Shown here: positions 59,923 to 64,000 of the stretch, in pieces | How the letters are laid out: each line of letters begins with the position of its first letter | Numbering within the stretch: the first letter of the stretch is position 1 | Assembly (NCBI RefSeq): GCF_003018255.1 | Contig: NZ_CP027440.1 | Strand: one strand, 5' to 3' | From: Escherichia coli | Lineage (GTDB): Bacteria > Pseudomonadota > Gammaproteobacteria > Enterobacterales > Enterobacteriaceae | DNA: 64,000 nt | Translations under genes and position numbers: made by a program | The notes under the pieces: generated by a model | Seen by the model: the letters and a program-made list of their open reading frames with translations, nothing else | What the model was told of the DNA's origin: nothing | Databases searched by the model: none

Positions 59923-60654
59923 ATGCGTATCCCCCGCATTTATCATCCTGAACCACTGACCAGCCATTCTCACATCGCGCTTTGCGAAGATGCCGCCAAC
60001 CATATCGGGCGCGTACTGCGTATGGGGCCGGGACAGGCGCTGCAATTGTTTGACGGCAGCAACCAGGTCTTTGACGCCGAAATTACCAGCGCCAGCAAAA
60101 AAAGCGTGGAAGTGAAGGTGCTGGAAGGCCAACTCGACGATCGCGAATCTCCGCTCCATATTCACCTCGGTCAGGTGATGTCGCGTGGTGAAAAAATGGA
60201 ATTTACTATCCAGAAATCGATCGAACTCGGTGTAAGCCTCATTACGCCACTTTTTTCTGAGCGCTGCGGCGTTAAACTGGATAGTGAACGTCTGAACAAG
60301 AAGCTCCAGCAGTGGCAGAAGATTGCAATTGCTGCCTGTGAGCAGTGTGGTCGTAACCGGGTGCCGGAAATCCGTCCAGCGATGGATCTGGAAGCCTGGT
60401 GTGCAGAGCAGGATGAAGGACTGAAACTGAATCTTCACCCGCGCGCCAGTAACAGCATCAACACGTTGCCGTTACCGGTTGAACGCGTCCGCCTGCTGAT
60501 TGGCCCGGAAGGCGGTTTATCGGCAGATGAAATTGCCATGACTGCCCGCTATCAATTTACTGATATCCTGTTGGGACCTCGCGTTTTGCGTACAGAGACA
60601 ACTGCGCTCACCGCCATTACCGCGCTACAAGTACGATTTGGCGATTTGGGCTAA
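59923..60654 (+). CDS. rsmE: 16S rRNA m3U1498 methyltransferase (243 aa)
   Basis: ORF 59896-60654 trimmed to [10 protein letters not shown]... Confidence 0.85.
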   Translation: MRIPRIYHPEPLTSHSHIALCEDAANHIGRVLRMGPGQALQLFDGSNQVFDAEITSASKKSVEVKVLEGQLDDRESPLHIHLGQVMSRGEKMEFTIQKSIELGVSLITPLFSERCGVKLDSERLNKKLQQWQKIAIAACEQCGRNRVPEIRPAMDLEAWCAEQDEGLKLNLHPRASNSINTLPLPVERVRLLIGPEGGLSADEIAMTARYQFTDILLGPRVLRTETTALTAITALQVRFGDLG

Positions 60655-60666
60655 CGGAGAAGAATA

Positions 60667-61617
60667 ATGATCAAGCTCGGCATCGTGATGGACCCCATCG
60701 CAAACATCAACATCAAGAAAGATTCCAGTTTCGCTATGTTGCTGGAAGCACAGCGTCGTGGTTACGAACTTCACTATATAGAGATGGGCGATCTGTATCT
60801 GATCAATGGCGAAGCCCGCGCCCATACCCGCACGCTGAACGTGAAGCAGAACTACGAAGAGTGGTTTTCGTTCGTCGGTGAACAGGATCTGCCGCTGGCC
60901 GATCTCGATGTGATCCTGATGCGTAAAGACCCGCCGTTTGATACCGAGTTTATCTACGCGACCTATATTCTGGAACGCGCCGAAGAGAAAGGGACGCTGA
61001 TCGTTAACAAGCCGCAGAGCCTGCGCGACTGTAACGAGAAACTGTTTACTGCCTGGTTCTCTGACTTAACGCCAGAAACGCTGGTTACGCGCAATAAAGC
61101 GCAACTAAAAGCGTTCTGGGAGAAACACAGCGACATCATTCTTAAGCCACTGGACGGTATGGGCGGCGCGTCGATTTTCCGCGTGAAAGAAGGCGATCCA
61201 AACCTCGGCGTGATTGCCGAAACCCTGACTGAGCATGGCACTCGCTACTGCATGGCGCAAAATTACCTGCCAGCCATTAAAGATGGCGACAAACGCGTGC
61301 TGGTGGTAGATGGCGAGCCGGTACCGTACTGCCTGGCGCGTATTCCGCAGGGGGGCGAAACCCGTGGCAATCTGGCTGCCGGTGGTCGCGGTGAACCTCG
61401 TCCGCTGACGGAAAGTGACTGGAAAATCGCCCGTCAGATCGGGCCGACGCTGAAAGAAAAAGGGCTGATTTTTGTTGGTCTGGATATCATTGGCGACCGT
61501 CTAACTGAAATTAACGTCACCAGCCCAACCTGTATTCGTGAGATTGAAGCAGAGTTTCCGGTGTCGATCACCGGAATGTTAATGGATGCCATCGAAGCAC
61601 GTTTACAGCAGCAGTAA
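60667..61617 (+). CDS. gshB: Glutathione synthetase, ATP-grasp (316 aa)
   Basis: ORF 60667-61617. Confidence 0.95.
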   Translation: MIKLGIVMDPIANINIKKDSSFAMLLEAQRRGYELHYIEMGDLYLINGEARAHTRTLNVKQNYEEWFSFVGEQDLPLADLDVILMRKDPPFDTEFIYATYILERAEEKGTLIVNKPQSLRDCNEKLFTAWFSDLTPETLVTRNKAQLKAFWEKHSDIILKPLDGMGGASIFRVKEGDPNLGVIAETLTEHGTRYCMAQNYLPAIKDGDKRVLVVDGEPVPYCLARIPQGGETRGNLAAGGRGEPRPLTESDWKIARQIGPTLKEKGLIFVGLDIIGDRLTEINVTSPTCIREIEAEFPVSITGMLMDAIEARLQQQ

Positions 61618-61657
61618 CCCACCTTAGCGAGAAGGATCTCGTTGAGACTCTGAGTGA

Positions 61658-61700
61658 CAGCGCCCTTCTTTCCACGCATACTGGGCGCTGTTGCTTTTTT
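61658..61700 (+). terminator. Candidate terminator or attenuator between gshB and yqgE
   Basis: Stem CAGCGCCC / GGGCGCTG with a long loop, followed by TTGCTTTTTT. Confidence 0.4.
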
Positions 61701-61725
61701 GAACCAGGAAACAGAACCTCTGACA

Positions 61726-62289
61726 ATGAATTTACAGCATCACTTTCTTATTGCCATGCCTGCTCTCCAGGATCCGATTTTCCGTCGTTCCGTGGTCTAC
61801 ATTTGCGAACATAATACCAATGGTGCAATGGGGATCATCGTCAACAAGCCGCTGGAAAATCTCAAAATTGAAGGGATTCTGGAAAAGCTGAAGATCACGC
61901 CGGAGCCGCGTGATGAATCAATCCGTCTGGATAAACCGGTTATGCTCGGTGGTCCGCTGGCTGAAGATCGCGGGTTTATTTTGCATACTCCGCCCTCTAA
62001 TTTTGCTTCCAGCATTCGCATTTCAGACAACACGGTGATGACCACTTCCCGCGATGTGCTGGAAACGCTCGGCACCGATAAACAACCGTCTGACGTATTG
62101 GTGGCTCTGGGCTATGCCTCCTGGGAGAAAGGTCAACTGGAACAAGAAATTCTTGATAACGCATGGCTAACGGCCCCGGCAGATCTGAATATTCTGTTCA
62201 AAACGCCGATTGCCGACCGCTGGCGCGAGGCGGCAAAACTGATTGGTGTGGATATTCTCACCATGCCTGGTGTGGCAGGGCACGCCTGA
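61726..62289 (+). CDS. yqgE: UPF0301 protein YqgE (187 aa)
   Basis: ORF 61654-62289 trimmed to [14 protein letters not shown]...; stop overlaps the ruvX start (TGATG). Confidence 0.8.
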
Positions 62290-62705
62290 TGAGTGGAACC
62301 TTACTCGCCTTCGACTTCGGCACCAAAAGCATTGGCGTAGCGGTCGGCCAACGCATTACCGGCACCGCTCGTCCTTTGCCTGCAATTAAAGCGCAGGACG
62401 GTACGCCGGACTGGAACATTATCGAGCGTTTACTGAAAGAGTGGCAGCCTGACGAAATCATCGTCGGTTTGCCGCTGAATATGGACGGCACCGAACAGCC
62501 GTTAACCGCCAGAGCGCGTAAATTTGCCAACCGTATTCATGGTCGTTTCGGTGTTGAAGTAAAGCTCCATGACGAGCGTCTTAGCACCGTGGAGGCACGT
62601 TCCGGTCTGTTTGAACAGGGCGGCTATCGGGCGCTCAACAAAGGCAAAGTCGACTCTGCCTCTGCGGTTATTATTCTCGAAAGCTATTTCGAGCAGGGAT
62701 ATTAA
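62289..62705 (+). CDS. ruvX: YqgF/RuvC-like nuclease, pre-16S rRNA processing (138 aa)
   Basis: ORF 62163-62705 trimmed to [21 protein letters not shown]... Confidence 0.85.
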
Positions 62706-62753
62706 GGCGATTTACTAGCGCACAGATTTCTGACAATGTGCTCGTTGTTTCAT

Positions 62754-62851
62754 GTTGGATGCGGCGTAAACGCCTTATCCAACCTACAGTGAGTGCGAAT
62801 TCAAAGTTACGCTTCCCTTGTAGGCCCGATAAGCTTGCGCATCGGGCCTAT
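62754..62851. repeat. BIME: two REP elements in inverted orientation
   Basis: GTTGGATGCGGCGTAAACGCCTTATCCAACCTAC and, about 30 nt on, GTAGGCCCGATAAGCTTGCGCATCGGGCCTAT, between convergent ruvX and yggR. Confidence 0.6.
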
Positions 62852-62878
62852 TTACAATTCGTATCAGACACAGCAACG

Positions 62879-63859
62879 TCACAAGCGCCCTTCTTTCACC
62901 CGCTGCTGATAACTCTGCTGAAACGTTATCATCCCCACCTGCTGCCCGGTTTGAATAACATGCGGTAACTGGTGGGTTTTCCCTTCACGAATCAAATTCC
63001 CCACCGCGGGTGTGTTAATCAGCAATTCAAACAACGCCACGCGTCCTTCCTGTTTATCCACTTCCAGCTTTTGTGACAACACCGCCCGTAAACTACCTGC
63101 CAGTTGATTACGCACGGGATCTTTTTCCTGCGCCGGAAATGAATCTACCAGTCGCTCAACTGCCTGCGCCGCACCACGCGTATGTAATGTTGCCAGCACC
63201 AAATGCCCGGTTTCTGCCGCCGTCAGCGCCAGACGGATTGTCTCGCTGTCACGCAGCTCTCCGAGCAAAATCACATCAGGATCTTCCCGCAATGCAGCCC
63301 GCAATCCCGATGCGAACGTCATACAATGCAAACCGATTTCCCGCTGCTGGATCAAACATCGCTGGCTTGCATAGAGATATTCGACAGGATCTTCCAGCGT
63401 CAGAATATGCGCATCGGCATGTTGATTGAGATAGCCAACCATCGCCGCCAGCGTGGTAGATTTGCCGCTCCCCGTCGCCCCCGTCACCAGAATCAGGCCA
63501 TTCTCGCTCTTGAGTAATTCCGGCAATACCGGTGGCGCACCAAGCTGTTCGAGCTGTGGACAGTGCGAAGGTAACAACCGTAATGCCAGAGAAATACCTT
63601 GCCGTTGCGCGAACGCACTGCCACGCAACCGCTGGTTTTCCGCCAGCGACACAGCAAAATCCAACTGACCATTCTCCAGCAATATTGTCCGCTGATCGTC
63701 ATCCAGCCACTCCCGCAGTAGCTCTTCGACGTCCGGCGCATCAAACGGCGCAGCTTCCATTCGCCCGCGAATGCGCCATCGTGCGGGCCAGGCGCTGCAC
63801 AGGTGTAGATCCGAGACGTTATGCTTTACACTAAGGGCCACAATTTCTTCCATATTCAT
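62879..63859 (-). CDS. yggR: PilT-like type IV pilus retraction ATPase homologue (326 aa)
   Basis: ORF 62879-63934 trimmed to MNMEEIVALSVKHNVSDLHL...; Walker A GATGSGKST. Confidence 0.8.
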   Translation of the reverse strand: MNMEEIVALSVKHNVSDLHLCSAWPARWRIRGRMEAAPFDAPDVEELLREWLDDDQRTILLENGQLDFAVSLAENQRLRGSAFAQRQGISLALRLLPSHCPQLEQLGAPPVLPELLKSENGLILVTGATGSGKSTTLAAMVGYLNQHADAHILTLEDPVEYLYASQRCLIQQREIGLHCMTFASGLRAALREDPDVILLGELRDSETIRLALTAAETGHLVLATLHTRGAAQAVERLVDSFPAQEKDPVRNQLAGSLRAVLSQKLEVDKQEGRVALFELLINTPAVGNLIREGKTHQLPHVIQTGQQVGMITFQQSYQQRVKEGRL

Positions 63860-63876
63860 ACTAAGATCCTCGGAAA

Positions 63877-64000
63877 ATGAACGATATTGCGCATAACCTG
63901 GCACAGGTCCGGGACAAAATCTCAGCGGCTGCAACGCGTTGCGGCCGTTCTCCAGAAGAAATTACGCTGCTTGCAGTCAGTAAAACAAAACCTGCGAGCG
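63877..64000 (+). CDS. yggS: PLP-homeostasis protein YggS, 5' fragment (runs off the window)
   Basis: ATG at 63877; reads MNDIAHNLAQVRDKISAAATRCGRSPEEITLLAVSKTKPAS; divergent from yggR. Confidence 0.7.
   Translation, partial: MNDIAHNLAQVRDKISAAATRCGRSPEEITLLAVSKTKPAS

Overview
This window reads as a contiguous, gene-dense stretch of Escherichia coli chromosome, collinear with the K-12 map from uacT through yggS. All gene identities come from my recognition of the six-frame translations and known gene order; no database search was run. Most of the window is conserved housekeeping content on both strands, including the lysS-prfB pair (with the prfB +1 frameshift), the gcvTHP operon, 6S RNA (ssrS), the cryptic sbm operon, epd-pgk-fbaA, tktA, speA/speB, metK, galP and gshB. 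Three places depart from the K-12 order as I recall it and are the best candidates for something new: (1) a stand-alone SPFH/band-7 membrane protein gene with an AT-rich upstream spacer between cmtB and tktA; (2) a 243-aa lipoprotein gene of unknown function between speA and speB, bracketed by two terminators; (3) yggF reduced to a pseudogene by an internal out-of-frame deletion of about 0.6 kb. Two small toxin-antitoxin loci are also present (ibsC/SibC type I, cptA/sdhE type IV), along with several REP/BIME repeats and rho-independent terminators. I found no CRISPR array, IS element, tRNA or rRNA gene, or prophage. Many ORF-track entries are antisense shadow ORFs or upstream-extended versions of the real genes and are excluded.
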